This document shows, piece by piece, positions 10,633 to 19,980 of a stretch of DNA of 64,000 bases. The translations under genes and the position numbers were made by a program. Below the pieces are notes generated by a model. The model was not told the origin of the DNA and did no database searches. It was given only the letters and a program-made list of their open reading frames with translations. Source of the stretch: Candidatus Latescibacterota bacterium (lineage in GTDB: Bacteria; Latescibacterota; UBA2968; GCA-2709665); the NCBI GenBank assembly GCA_963667175.2, contig CAXXXF010000012.1:240257-304256 (forward strand), given 5' to 3'. Each line of letters starts with the position of its first letter. Positions within the stretch are counted from its first letter, which is position 1.

Positions 10633-11682
10633 TCAGGTGCTGAGATACGCCATCAGCAACCGCGCCGAATTCAGAATCCCTTCCACCGAACAAATCTCGT
10701 ACCCGTGGGTATTCTCTCCCGGATACGCGATACAGGCCGACCTGCCGGCCGACCCGACGCGTTTCGAAATGCTGGCGTCGCTCCCGTAGGAAGTCACCAC
10801 GGCCGGCTGCGTCTGGAACCCCATCCGGTCCGCCAGCCCGTTCAGGCAGCGCAACGTCCGTTCATGGTAAACGCCCGACGCGTCGCCCCAGAGCAGAACC
10901 GGATTGCCGCAATTCTCAATCTGGTACTCCTCGGCAACCGGGGCGATATCCAGCGCGACCGCGGTCTGGGCGGGCAGTTGTCCGATTGAAAACGCGGCGC
11001 CCTGCGCGCCGATCTCCTCCTCTGAACTTGCAATGAGATAGACGTCGCGCGGCGGCGGTGTTTCCGCCAGATGCCTGGCCGCCTCGAGCAACACGGCCAG
11101 CCCGGCCCTGCAGTCCAGATTGTAACCGCAAATGAAATCACCCATGTACACGGGTGATTTTCGGGACCTTGCGAGAACCGCCTTGCTGCCGCGATGTACG
11201 CCGAGCTCGCGCAGTTCACCGGCGGAGCGCTTGGTCTCGATCCAGAACGTCTCCCATTTTATCGCGCTGCCAGACTTCAGAGGACCCGCCGGACTCTCGT
11301 CGGATACATGTTTCGACCCTACGGACAGGATCCCCGTTACCGGTTCACCTTCCGTCAGAACGTCAACCGGACCCTCGCCCACGGCCCAGGGATGTAGCCC
11401 GCCCAGTGGTCGGACGCGAAGTCGACCGTCGTCCTGGACACGCCTGACCATCAGCGCGATCTCGTCCTTGTGTGCCGTGACGGCAACCGGCGCGCCGTCC
11501 CCGCGGCCCTCGAAATGGATCACGATGCTCTCTGCCGCATCCTGCCAGACCGACGCCGCGAACGGTCGCGCCTCGTCCATTACAATGGCGTCGACTTCCC
11601 CTTCGGCCCCCGGCGGGGCATGCGCGTTCAGGAGTCTTTCCAGCAATTTCAGGAGACGTAAACGGTCAATCGGCACATCCAT
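10633..11682 (-). CDS. M42-family aminopeptidase
   Basis: PPGAE, AHKDEI, LDCR, SEEEIG, GSDA and NTHGYE metal-ligand motifs. Confidence 0.88.
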   Translation of the reverse strand: MDVPIDRLRLLKLLERLLNAHAPPGAEGEVDAIVMDEARPFAASVWQDAAESIVIHFEGRGDGAPVAVTAHKDEIALMVRRVQDDGRLRVRPLGGLHPWAVGEGPVDVLTEGEPVTGILSVGSKHVSDESPAGPLKSGSAIKWETFWIETKRSAGELRELGVHRGSKAVLARSRKSPVYMGDFICGYNLDCRAGLAVLLEAARHLAETPPPRDVYLIASSEEEIGAQGAAFSIGQLPAQTAVALDIAPVAEEYQIENCGNPVLLWGDASGVYHERTLRCLNGLADRMGFQTQPAVVTSYGSDASISKRVGSAGRSACIAYPGENTHGYEICSVEGILNSARLLMAYLST

Positions 11683-12064
11683 CGGAATGCCTCCATTCGA
11701 CCTCGCCCGGTACGCCGTCGCGGCGCCGGATCGGACGTGCAACGAACACGAACCGGAATGAACGACGCGTAATTTACGTCAAACGCGTGACGCGGTCAAG
11801 ACGGGGCCGGTCGGAGAGCCGATCTTGCGGCCGGCGTCGGGCGAAAGCCGGGATGAAGTCGCATCGGAACGGCCGAGAATCCGTTGTCCGCGCGTCCCAG
11901 AGTTACCGGAACTTCCGGAAACGGACTCCCGCGGTCTTCATCGGAAATTTCGCTTGACATCCAGGGAAGAACGCCGAATATTTCCTTCGATTTCTTTCCC
12001 TTTCGCCCTCCCGCCGGCTGCCCTTTCCCATCCAACTTCCGCGTATCCATTCGAGGTGATCTTC

Positions 12065-12928
12065 GTGACCAGAAAGAGCGGAATCTTCCGCAATGACGTG
12101 AAAGATTCATTGCACCGCTACCTGGAAGACGTAGCCACGTCCGAACCGTTGACGGCCCAGGAGGAAGTCATCCTTGCGCGCCGCATCAGGAAGGGAGACC
12201 TCGACGCCCGCAGGAAACTCGTCGAGGCCAATCTTCGATTCGTCATCACCGTGGCGCGCGAGTATCAGAACCAGGGCGTGCCGCTGGGGGATCTGATCAG
12301 CGCCGGCAACCTCGGGCTCATCACCGCGGCGGAGCGGTTCGACGAAACCAGGGGGTTCAAGTTCATATCCTACGCGGTCTGGTGGATTCGCCAGTCCATC
12401 CTGCAAACCCTGGCGGAACACTCCAGGGTCGTGCGCCTTCCGCTGAACCGGGTGGATCTCTTGCGCCGCATTTCCCGCTACGTGAACAACAGACAACAGG
12501 AGACGTCCGGGCGACCCCCGGAAGAAGAGATCGCGAAGGAGCTGGGCATCACGGTCGAACAGGTGGTCGATACACTTGCCAGCGGACAGCGCATCCTCTC
12601 GCTCGACATGACCTTCGGCGAAGACGAGGAGAACAGCCTTCTGGAAATCATGACGGACGAAAACCAGGAATCGCCCGACCATTTGCTCATGCGGAATTCA
12701 CTTGAAGATGAAATATTCGCGGCACTGGACACACTGGAAGAGAGGGAACGAGAGGTCATTCGACTCTATTTCGGCCTGGGCGGCGATACCGAAATGACCC
12801 TTGAAGAAATCGGCATCCGGTTCAGGCTCACGCGTGAACGCGTCCGGCAGATCAAGGAAAAGGCACTCAGGAAGCTTCGCCACCCGACCCGGGGACGAAA
12901 ACTCATGCCCTATTCCGACGGCGCGTGA
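12065..12928 (+). CDS. Sigma-70 factor, RpoD/RpoS type (short form without region 1.1)
   Basis: ANLRFV, GFKFISYAVWWIRQSI, TLEEIG..LTRERVRQI; GAGGTG RBS before GTG 12065. Confidence 0.93.
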   Translation: MTRKSGIFRNDVKDSLHRYLEDVATSEPLTAQEEVILARRIRKGDLDARRKLVEANLRFVITVAREYQNQGVPLGDLISAGNLGLITAAERFDETRGFKFISYAVWWIRQSILQTLAEHSRVVRLPLNRVDLLRRISRYVNNRQQETSGRPPEEEIAKELGITVEQVVDTLASGQRILSLDMTFGEDEENSLLEIMTDENQESPDHLLMRNSLEDEIFAALDTLEEREREVIRLYFGLGGDTEMTLEEIGIRFRLTRERVRQIKEKALRKLRHPTRGRKLMPYSDGA

Positions 12929-12951
12929 ACCGGAACCGTACAACGATTCAG

Positions 12952-12983
12952 GCCGAGGCCGGACGTCCGGCCTCGGTTTTTTT
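12952..12983 (+). terminator. Rho-independent terminator after the sigma factor
   Basis: CCGAGGCCGG-ACGT-CCGGCCTCGG hairpin followed by a T7 run. Confidence 0.8.
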
Positions 12984-13825
12984 CATCCCCTATCGCCGGC
13001 AATTACGCCCACTTCCTCCGCCGTCGCCCACAGCAGTGGTACGAGCAGGTCCTCCTGAACCGAACCGTCGTGCATACCGAGATTCCCGCTCTCGTCCTCA
13101 ACGCCGCGCGGAGACTCGTGCATCCCGTGATCCGCAACGATCACGACTGCATATCCGGAGGTCGCGAGAGAGGACAGAAGGCCCTTCATGCGCCGGTCCG
13201 TGTTCACGGCGGCCTCGCGGACCTCCGGCGTATAGGGGCCGAATCTGTGACCGGCTTCGTCTATATCGAGCAGATGTACGAACGCGAATCCGGGCGAATC
13301 TTCAACAATCAAGTCGGGCACCCGGCTGTAGATTTCCAGATCGTTTCGTTCCTCGGCCAGGACGGTCCTGTCGGCAAACCGTTCGATATCCAGACCCGCC
13401 ACGTCCCGTTTGTGCACGGCCATCAACGTCTGTCCGCCCGCGGCCCTGACTCGATCGAAAACGGAATCCATATCCGGGGATCGTGTCGCGTGGATCATCG
13501 TCTGTAAATCCGTCACGCCATGGGAGGCCGGAGAACTGCCGGTCAACATCGTCGAGATGCAGATATACGTCATGGACGGCAGCACGGATTGGATTTCGAG
13601 GCGCCGAAGCGCCGCGACCCGGTTGAACACCGGCACGGAATCGCGAACGTACGCCCACAACGACGAACCGAAACCGTCAACCACCACCAGTGCCAGCCGG
13701 TCGGCCGCAGCCAGGGTCTCGATGACGGCGGCGATCGGCGGCGCCTCGGCCCCACGGGGGGCGGGCACGTTTAGTACGCGGGCAACGGTCGGAGCGATCG
13801 CCCGCAAGTCGATGGATTCAGCCAT
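12983..13825 (-). CDS. Alkaline phosphatase superfamily protein (NPP/PglZ-like)
   Basis: VVVDGFG, PSMT nucleophile, DEAGH, VADHG, GMHDG; start overlaps the murD stop. Confidence 0.82.
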   Translation of the reverse strand: MAESIDLRAIAPTVARVLNVPAPRGAEAPPIAAVIETLAAADRLALVVVDGFGSSLWAYVRDSVPVFNRVAALRRLEIQSVLPSMTYICISTMLTGSSPASHGVTDLQTMIHATRSPDMDSVFDRVRAAGGQTLMAVHKRDVAGLDIERFADRTVLAEERNDLEIYSRVPDLIVEDSPGFAFVHLLDIDEAGHRFGPYTPEVREAAVNTDRRMKGLLSSLATSGYAVVIVADHGMHESPRGVEDESGNLGMHDGSVQEDLLVPLLWATAEEVGVIAGDRG

Positions 13826-15194
13826 CACAGCCCCCAGAATCCAGAACCAGTGTCTTGAACCGGTTTCCGCGCTCCACGTAATTGAGAAAGCGATCGTAGC
13901 TGGCCGATGCCGGAGAAAACAAAACGGTACCGCCGGTTCCCGCCCGCCGCGTTGCGGCGGGCACGGCATCGTCCAGCGAGTCCACGCGTGAAATATGCGT
14001 GGGAGATCCGGACGGGACCGAAGCCGCAATCGCGTCCGCCGTGTCGCCCGTAAGGATCAGATGGGACACCCTGCGCCCGATGTGTCGGCCCAGCGCAACG
14101 TATGACAGACCCTTGTCGGAGCCCCCTGCGATCAGCACAACGCCCGGCGGCAGGGCCGAGAGCGCCACGAGAGTCCGGTCAGGGCTGGTGGCGATCGAAT
14201 CGTTGTAATACGTAACGCCTTGGAACTCCGCCACCCGCTCCAGCCGGTGCGGCACGCCCTTGAAACTGCGAAGCGCGTCCGCGACGTCCTTTTCGGTCAC
14301 GCCGTTGCAGAGCGCCGCCCCGCACGCGGCCAGCGCGTTTTCCAGGTTATGCCGTCCGGGCAGAGCGACCGTGGCAGCCGGACAGACGGCTTCTTCGGAT
14401 TGGGCGATCCGGTGTCTTATCTCTCCGTCTTCCACAAAGACGTCGCAATCCGACGTCCGTTGCGCGCCGAATACGACGCGGCGTCCGCGCCCCCGCCACT
14501 GCCGGACTTCAGGGTCGTCGCCGTTCAGCACCTCCACGTCGCCTTCGCCCTGGTGCGCGATTATCTGTCGTTTCGCCTGCCTATATGCCTCCAGCGAACC
14601 GTGCATATCCAGGTGATTGGGGGCGAAATTCGTAATGACGGCGGTCTCCGGGCTCCATTTCAATTCGGTCAGCCGCTCGAGCTGAAAGCTGGACAGTTCG
14701 AGGACCACACGCGTGTCCACAGTGATCTCCTCGAGGCGTTCCAGTAAAGACCCCCCGATATTTCCGCCCACCAGCGTCCGCGGTGACTTGCGCCGCATCA
14801 TCTCGGCCGCCAGAGACGCGGTCGTCGTCTTTCCGCTGGTGCCGGTAATCCCCACGACCGGCGCCCTGCACCGCTCAGCAAACAGGCAGATTTCCGTAGT
14901 TACGGGGATACCCCGTTTTTCGACAGCCTTCAGGAACGGGGATGACCGTGGCACCGCGGGATTGGCCACGACAAGGTCCGCCGCCCGGAAATCCGACGCC
15001 TCGTGTCCGCCCAGCCTGTAGGCGACGGGCAGCGTCTCGAGCGTCCGCAACGACTCCCGAAGCGCGTCGGCCTGCCGCAGGTCGGTAACGGTAACGCGCG
15101 CTCCCTCCCTGCACAGAAACCGCACCGCGCCCGCGCCCCCTCCGAACAGACCAAGACCCATCACAAGCACTCGCCGCCCGTCCAGCGACGTCAC
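13818..15194 (-). CDS. murD: UDP-N-acetylmuramoyl-L-alanine--D-glutamate ligase
   Basis: GITGTSGKTTT, GGNIG, LELSSFQL, PNHLD.H, HRLE, NDSIAT, SPASASYD.F..Y.ERG. Confidence 0.93.
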   Translation of the reverse strand: MTSLDGRRVLVMGLGLFGGGAGAVRFLCREGARVTVTDLRQADALRESLRTLETLPVAYRLGGHEASDFRAADLVVANPAVPRSSPFLKAVEKRGIPVTTEICLFAERCRAPVVGITGTSGKTTTASLAAEMMRRKSPRTLVGGNIGGSLLERLEEITVDTRVVLELSSFQLERLTELKWSPETAVITNFAPNHLDMHGSLEAYRQAKRQIIAHQGEGDVEVLNGDDPEVRQWRGRGRRVVFGAQRTSDCDVFVEDGEIRHRIAQSEEAVCPAATVALPGRHNLENALAACGAALCNGVTEKDVADALRSFKGVPHRLERVAEFQGVTYYNDSIATSPDRTLVALSALPPGVVLIAGGSDKGLSYVALGRHIGRRVSHLILTGDTADAIAASVPSGSPTHISRVDSLDDAVPAATRRAGTGGTVLFSPASASYDRFLNYVERGNRFKTLVLDSGGCDG

Positions 15195-15820
15195 GGTTCA
15201 ACCCCTTCCCGGATCGGAATCTTTCCCCCGGACTCAAGCAGATCGAGGATCTGCCGCGCGGCCGCCTGAGGCGAACATTCGGCCGCCTTGATCACGAGTT
15301 CCGGAGCCGCCGGGGGCTCGTAGGGATCCGAGATCCCGGTGAAATCATGGATCTCACCCGCGCGCGCCTTCTGATACAGTCCCTTTGGGTCCCTCTCCTC
15401 GCAGACCGAAAGTGGGGTGTCCACGTAGACCTCCAGAAAGTCGCCCCGGTCCAGCATTCCCCGTACGCCGTCCCTGTCGGCCCTGTACGGGCTCACGAAG
15501 CTGCTTATCGTAAGGATCCCGGCATCCACGAACAGCTTTCCCACCTCGCCGATGCGGCGTATATTCTCAGCCCTGTCCTCAGCCGAAAAACCCAGATTGC
15601 AGTTCAGCCCATGCCGGATATTGTCGCCATCCAGCACGTAGGCCATGTGACCCCGCGCAGCCAGCGCGTGCTCCACGGTAAACGCAATGGTGCTCTTCCC
15701 GGAGGACGGCAGACCCGTCAGCCACACCAGACACCCCGCCTGCGTCAACATACGCTCACGCTCCGCACGACTCACATGTCCTTCATGCCAGACAACATTG
15801 GTTGCTTTCGCTGCCGTCAA
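15191..15820 (-). CDS. cysC: Adenylyl-sulfate kinase
   Basis: WLTGLPSSGKST, LDGDNIRHGL, RDPKGLY, FTGISDPYE. Confidence 0.95.
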   Translation of the reverse strand: MTAAKATNVVWHEGHVSRAERERMLTQAGCLVWLTGLPSSGKSTIAFTVEHALAARGHMAYVLDGDNIRHGLNCNLGFSAEDRAENIRRIGEVGKLFVDAGILTISSFVSPYRADRDGVRGMLDRGDFLEVYVDTPLSVCEERDPKGLYQKARAGEIHDFTGISDPYEPPAAPELVIKAAECSPQAAARQILDLLESGGKIPIREGVEP

Positions 15821-16746
15821 GAACCGCCTCCTTGTGTTGGGACCGAATACGATGCGCTGTACACGGGAATCCGCCCGACGGGCCGGAGCTTCCGCTTATG
15901 CTGCCGCAAGCCCGGCAAACCCAGGTCTCCGGCGTCATTGACAAGATCGTAGTCCATCAACGCCCGGTAGACCTCCATCCGCAGATATTCCGACAGTCCC
16001 CGGACGTCGGGATCCGTTTTCGCCACGAAAAAATTCGCCATCCCGGCGTGCATGCGTCCGGCGAACGCGAAAGCCGCGACCCGGCCATCCACCTCCACGC
16101 ACCACCCCTGGAGTTCTTCCGAATTCCAATGTCCGTACCTCGATAGCGCGGACCGCGTATATCCCCAGTCAAGCAGGAATTCCCGCTTGCGACCCTGCCG
16201 CTTCCTCCAGTATCGCAGCAGCGCATGGCAGGCCGGGACGTCTGCAGGCGTCATTTCCCGAAAATGCGGATCCGCCTCTCTCCGTATGCGCCTGAGTCTC
16301 TTCCGCACGTCACGGTACGCCCGCCCCGCCGCCGCCACGACCTTCGACGGCTCGTACAGATATTCGTGAGCGCTGATCCTGACTTCCAGTCCATCAGGCG
16401 CCATGCGCCGCCTGTCCTCCTCATCCACCCACAAAATACGCGGACGGCGGCCGCCGTTGATCGCACGGACCTCGTCCAGCGTCGCAACGAGAGACCCGGC
16501 GGAAAGCGGAATCGGAGGCACCACGAAATCGAACCAGACGCGGCCGTTTCTCGCAGCGCGGCGCACGGGAAGCCAGAGCGCCCCATCGTGTTCGGCCACG
16601 AACACTTCCCGCCCCGGCGGCAGGCTGAAACAGCAGATGAACGGGGCGTAGTAACACCAGGCGTTCTTCAGGGCGGACGCGAATATTCCCTGCAAGCGGC
16701 GCGTATGCCCGGGGTGAACGGGTTCCGCTGCGAACGGCAGATTCAT
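15817..16746 (-). CDS. DUF2156 / phosphatidylglycerol lysyltransferase-domain (GNAT-fold) protein
   Basis: EYLY, VDGRVAAF, KTDP...GLSEYL, VNDAGDLGLPGLRQHK..L.P match the DUF2156 C-terminal signature. Confidence 0.78.
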   Translation of the reverse strand: MNLPFAAEPVHPGHTRRLQGIFASALKNAWCYYAPFICCFSLPPGREVFVAEHDGALWLPVRRAARNGRVWFDFVVPPIPLSAGSLVATLDEVRAINGGRRPRILWVDEEDRRRMAPDGLEVRISAHEYLYEPSKVVAAAGRAYRDVRKRLRRIRREADPHFREMTPADVPACHALLRYWRKRQGRKREFLLDWGYTRSALSRYGHWNSEELQGWCVEVDGRVAAFAFAGRMHAGMANFFVAKTDPDVRGLSEYLRMEVYRALMDYDLVNDAGDLGLPGLRQHKRKLRPVGRIPVYSASYSVPTQGGGS

Positions 16747-17738
16747 CCCGTCATCCGCGTCCGGTCGGCCGTGTAGAGAGCGCCTTCATAGATGCCTTGG
16801 ACCCGTGGTGTGAGCCTGGCCGTCGAAACCGTGCGAATCAGATGACTGACACCGGCAAGCATCTGGGCGCCATCGTACCGATTGAAATCCGGAATAATCT
16901 CGACCGGGGCAAGCCCGGTCTCCGTAATTTCGGCCACGGCGGCTACCGTTTCATCCGGCCTCCGGCTGCCGAAACAGATATAGCCCTGCTTGCCCACCTC
17001 CTGTCGAAGTCCGGCTGCGCCCCGGGAGATGAACAACGACAACCCGGCAAGTGTGTATGGCGGATCGGTGAGGAACACATCGAAGCCGGCGACCAATTCC
17101 CCAGGCAGATCGGCCCTCAGGTCGTGTTCGACGGCCTCGATGGCCTGCTGTGTTTCACCCGATGCGGCGTTCAGAAAGGCCACCAGGCGCGCGTCGCACT
17201 CCAGCACCACCACCCGGCCCACCGAAATCCCCAGGAATTCCGCCAGAAGGCCAATTGCGAGGGAAGTCAGGTCGTCGTCTCCCAGGATCAGGATGTCCCT
17301 TCCTTCAAGCCCGTCGTTCTCAAACAGATACAAGGCGCGGCGCAACGCGGTTTCCGCCGTTGCATGGGATTGGTCCAGCCGCACGTCGACAGCCGGCCTG
17401 CGCTCCCCGTACGCCGCCATCCGTGCCCGCAACGTACGCATCTCGTCGTCCAGCACGGGAAATGCCGGCCTGCGAAACCGCCGCCGGCAACCGAGGCCCA
17501 GGCGTTTTTCAACCGCACTCCGACCGGCAGAAGAAAGGACGACTCCCCCTCGCCTCTGCACCCAACCTCTTTTTTCCAACTCGCCGCGAACCGCTGCCAC
17601 CACCGGTACCGGCAGACCCGTCTCGCGAGACAGGTCCCTGACCGGCAGCGTACCCGCCCGATAGACGGCTCTCAGAATTTGTCGAACGCCTTCAGGTCCT
17701 TCGGCCAGGCGTGCGTCGGCCGCCACGTCCGCAAGCAC
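16743..17738 (-). CDS. BpsA-like branched-chain polyamine synthase (DUF43) with N-terminal wHTH; start uncertain (GTG 17738 or ATG 17843)
   Basis: LDQSHAT.ET..RR, ILGDDDLTS, ECD.RL, HDLR..LP, FDVF.TDPPYT..G..LF.SR, DFNRY. Confidence 0.8.
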   Translation of the reverse strand: MLADVAADARLAEGPEGVRQILRAVYRAGTLPVRDLSRETGLPVPVVAAVRGELEKRGWVQRRGGVVLSSAGRSAVEKRLGLGCRRRFRRPAFPVLDDEMRTLRARMAAYGERRPAVDVRLDQSHATAETALRRALYLFENDGLEGRDILILGDDDLTSLAIGLLAEFLGISVGRVVVLECDARLVAFLNAASGETQQAIEAVEHDLRADLPGELVAGFDVFLTDPPYTLAGLSLFISRGAAGLRQEVGKQGYICFGSRRPDETVAAVAEITETGLAPVEIIPDFNRYDGAQMLAGVSHLIRTVSTARLTPRVQGIYEGALYTADRTRMTG

Positions 17739-17757
17739 GTTTTCTGAATGCCGACCT

Positions 17758-18951
17758 TCAGTCCTGTGCCGATTTTGTGTCCGACGCCTCACCGTCTCCG
17801 TTCTCCGATGCCGCGGACGCGTCTTCAACCGTCTCCTCGCCATTGTTCCCGGTCGCCTCCCCGGCCCCTGGATGTTCCTCCTCCTGCTCCGGCTCGTCGT
17901 CTTCCCATTCGAGAAGATTCTCGTCGTCCTTGCGCTTCCTGAGAATCACGTAGATCAGGCTGATGCCCGAAGCGTACGCGGACAGGACGTAAGCGCTGAA
18001 GATGGCCGTGAGCAGAATCAACATCACACCCAGAATGCCGCCGGCCAGCAGTTCGGAACCCGTCGGGACGCCGGCAGCCGGCAGAAACGCCGTGATGTCC
18101 ATGGTGAGCCACTCGCTTCGGGTGAAGTCATAGGGAACGTACTGTCCCGCGACGTACACCAGATTGGCCAGTTTCTCGTTCATGAACAGGCCGACAGCCC
18201 AGCTGACCAGGCCCATGGCGGAGGCCATGAAGGTTCCCAGCAAGACGGCCCCTATTGATACGGAAATCTTCATCCAGACCAGATACAGTACCAACCGCCA
18301 GGGCTGGCTCCAGGCCAGCGAAAAGGACTGGATGGCCACCTCGAGCGCGTCTTCGCCGACAGTCCCCACGACGGCCGGAGACATGGTGATGGACACGACA
18401 AACGCGATCGAAATGAAAACAGCGACCAGCGCGGCGAAGAAGATCGGAATAAAGAAAATTCCGAATGCCAGTTCACCCGCCCATGGAATCATCCCGGCCA
18501 GCCATCCGATGACGATTCCGGCGACCACGAAGAAGACGAACAGCGCCAGCGTGGCCACCGGCCCCCAGACCACACCGCCCCAGTTCTGACAGATGAATCT
18601 CCATGCGTCGCCGGAGGAATAAAAATCATCCCCCTTCAGTTGCTGGTACGTGATCTTGCAGATCATGCATGTCATCAATAACACGACGATCCAGACGTAC
18701 AGCATTGCGACCCCATAGATCGCCATGCCGGCCAGTGTGGCCGGAAAGGGATCCGGACCGGGAAAGAGCCCGTACTTCTGCCAGATCTCCTGGAGCGCAG
18801 CCCCAGCCAGAAGGTGGTCGGCAATAGCCAGGATGGTGTATCCGGCGTAGGCAATCAGCGTGCCGCACAAACCTACCCAGATCTTCTTTCCGGACCATCC
18901 GAGCCGTACCACCCGAAAGATGTCCCGAATGTCAAAATGCAGTTTGTACAT
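17758..18951 (-). CDS. Multi-pass membrane protein of unknown function with acidic tail
   Basis: About 6-7 hydrophobic segments; C-terminal DDENLLEWEDDE tail. Confidence 0.75.
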   Translation of the reverse strand: MYKLHFDIRDIFRVVRLGWSGKKIWVGLCGTLIAYAGYTILAIADHLLAGAALQEIWQKYGLFPGPDPFPATLAGMAIYGVAMLYVWIVVLLMTCMICKITYQQLKGDDFYSSGDAWRFICQNWGGVVWGPVATLALFVFFVVAGIVIGWLAGMIPWAGELAFGIFFIPIFFAALVAVFISIAFVVSITMSPAVVGTVGEDALEVAIQSFSLAWSQPWRLVLYLVWMKISVSIGAVLLGTFMASAMGLVSWAVGLFMNEKLANLVYVAGQYVPYDFTRSEWLTMDITAFLPAAGVPTGSELLAGGILGVMLILLTAIFSAYVLSAYASGISLIYVILRKRKDDENLLEWEDDEPEQEEEHPGAGEATGNNGEETVEDASAASENGDGEASDTKSAQD

Positions 18952-19243
18952 TACTGCGCCTCCTTCCCGGTTCGAATCCAACAAAAAAAGGGCACAACGC
19001 CGGCCTCGAAGCATGCCGAATGTGCCAAAGTCACTTAATTTCAGAACTTTATACGCGAATTAACGAACTATACCGCCGCGCGAATATGATGCAATAATGT
19101 CGGATCAAAGTCAAGCAAAATAAAAGAGGATCAATGGATGAAGGCGAGCATGCATCCGTTGATCCCGTAACCGCCCGTTGCTACGCAAACGCCTGCGGAC
19201 GTTTCGGCCATCCGCTCACTGTCGCCGGACATTCGCCGGCGTC

Positions 19244-19819
19244 TCACCTTTCGTCGGACGCTTCGGGAATCGTCAGACGGATCTGATGAAGAAAATGCTG
19301 CAGCGGCACATTGAAGGGCCGGGAGGGTCGGGTGAAGGCAGGCTTGAAGAGCGCTCCCGCCGGCAGGGGCGTGGCGCCGGGCTGCATCCTGACCTGCGCG
19401 CGGCCCTCCTGGGCTTCGGGTACACGGTAACAGCCCTGCCCGAGCCCCAGAGGCCACGGCGATCCGTACATGTCCGGGGCCGTGAGGAACAGAACAGCCT
19501 CTTCGTCGACGCCGAACTCGGGAATGCCGGGTACGTAAAGTCTGTGGCCTTCGGCGGTTCCCCCCGGCAGCGTGAGGACGATTTCGCCGCCCGGATTTCC
19601 CTTGACACGCGTAATCACCCGGAACCTGTGCTCCGTTACGATTTCCCCACGGCCTTCATCCACGAAACTTCTGCGCGACACGCACTGAACATGGGCGATC
19701 GTCTCCGCTTTTTCACACAGCGAATCGAACGCGAACCGTACAACAGACGTCGCGCCGGACCGCGGGGCCCAGATGGCGAGAACAACGATGGTCACAGCGA
19801 ATCGAATCAGGCCGGACAT
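19244..19819 (-). CDS. Secreted hypothetical protein (OB/TIMP-like fold plausible)
   Basis: Signal peptide, ATSVV, LPGG..G...VPG.PEF...EEAVLFL, GLGQG pattern. Confidence 0.65.
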   Translation of the reverse strand: MSGLIRFAVTIVVLAIWAPRSGATSVVRFAFDSLCEKAETIAHVQCVSRRSFVDEGRGEIVTEHRFRVITRVKGNPGGEIVLTLPGGTAEGHRLYVPGIPEFGVDEEAVLFLTAPDMYGSPWPLGLGQGCYRVPEAQEGRAQVRMQPGATPLPAGALFKPAFTRPSRPFNVPLQHFLHQIRLTIPEASDER

Positions 19820-19980
19820 CGAACACCAGTTCCGAAGCAGGGGTGAGTCGGTTAGGGAAAGCGCGCTTCTCTCACTGGAAACGCCGCTGCCGGGTGATGG
19901 TTCCATCAATGCATCCCGATGCCGCAGACGGACTACGCGAAGCGGCCGTCACACCCCGAGGACTCGGGTTGCGGCCGCCG

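Noticed and set aside
12983-13825. Phosphatase as BREX PglZ
   Set aside because: Short stand-alone alkaline phosphatase fold in a housekeeping operon with no brx genes.
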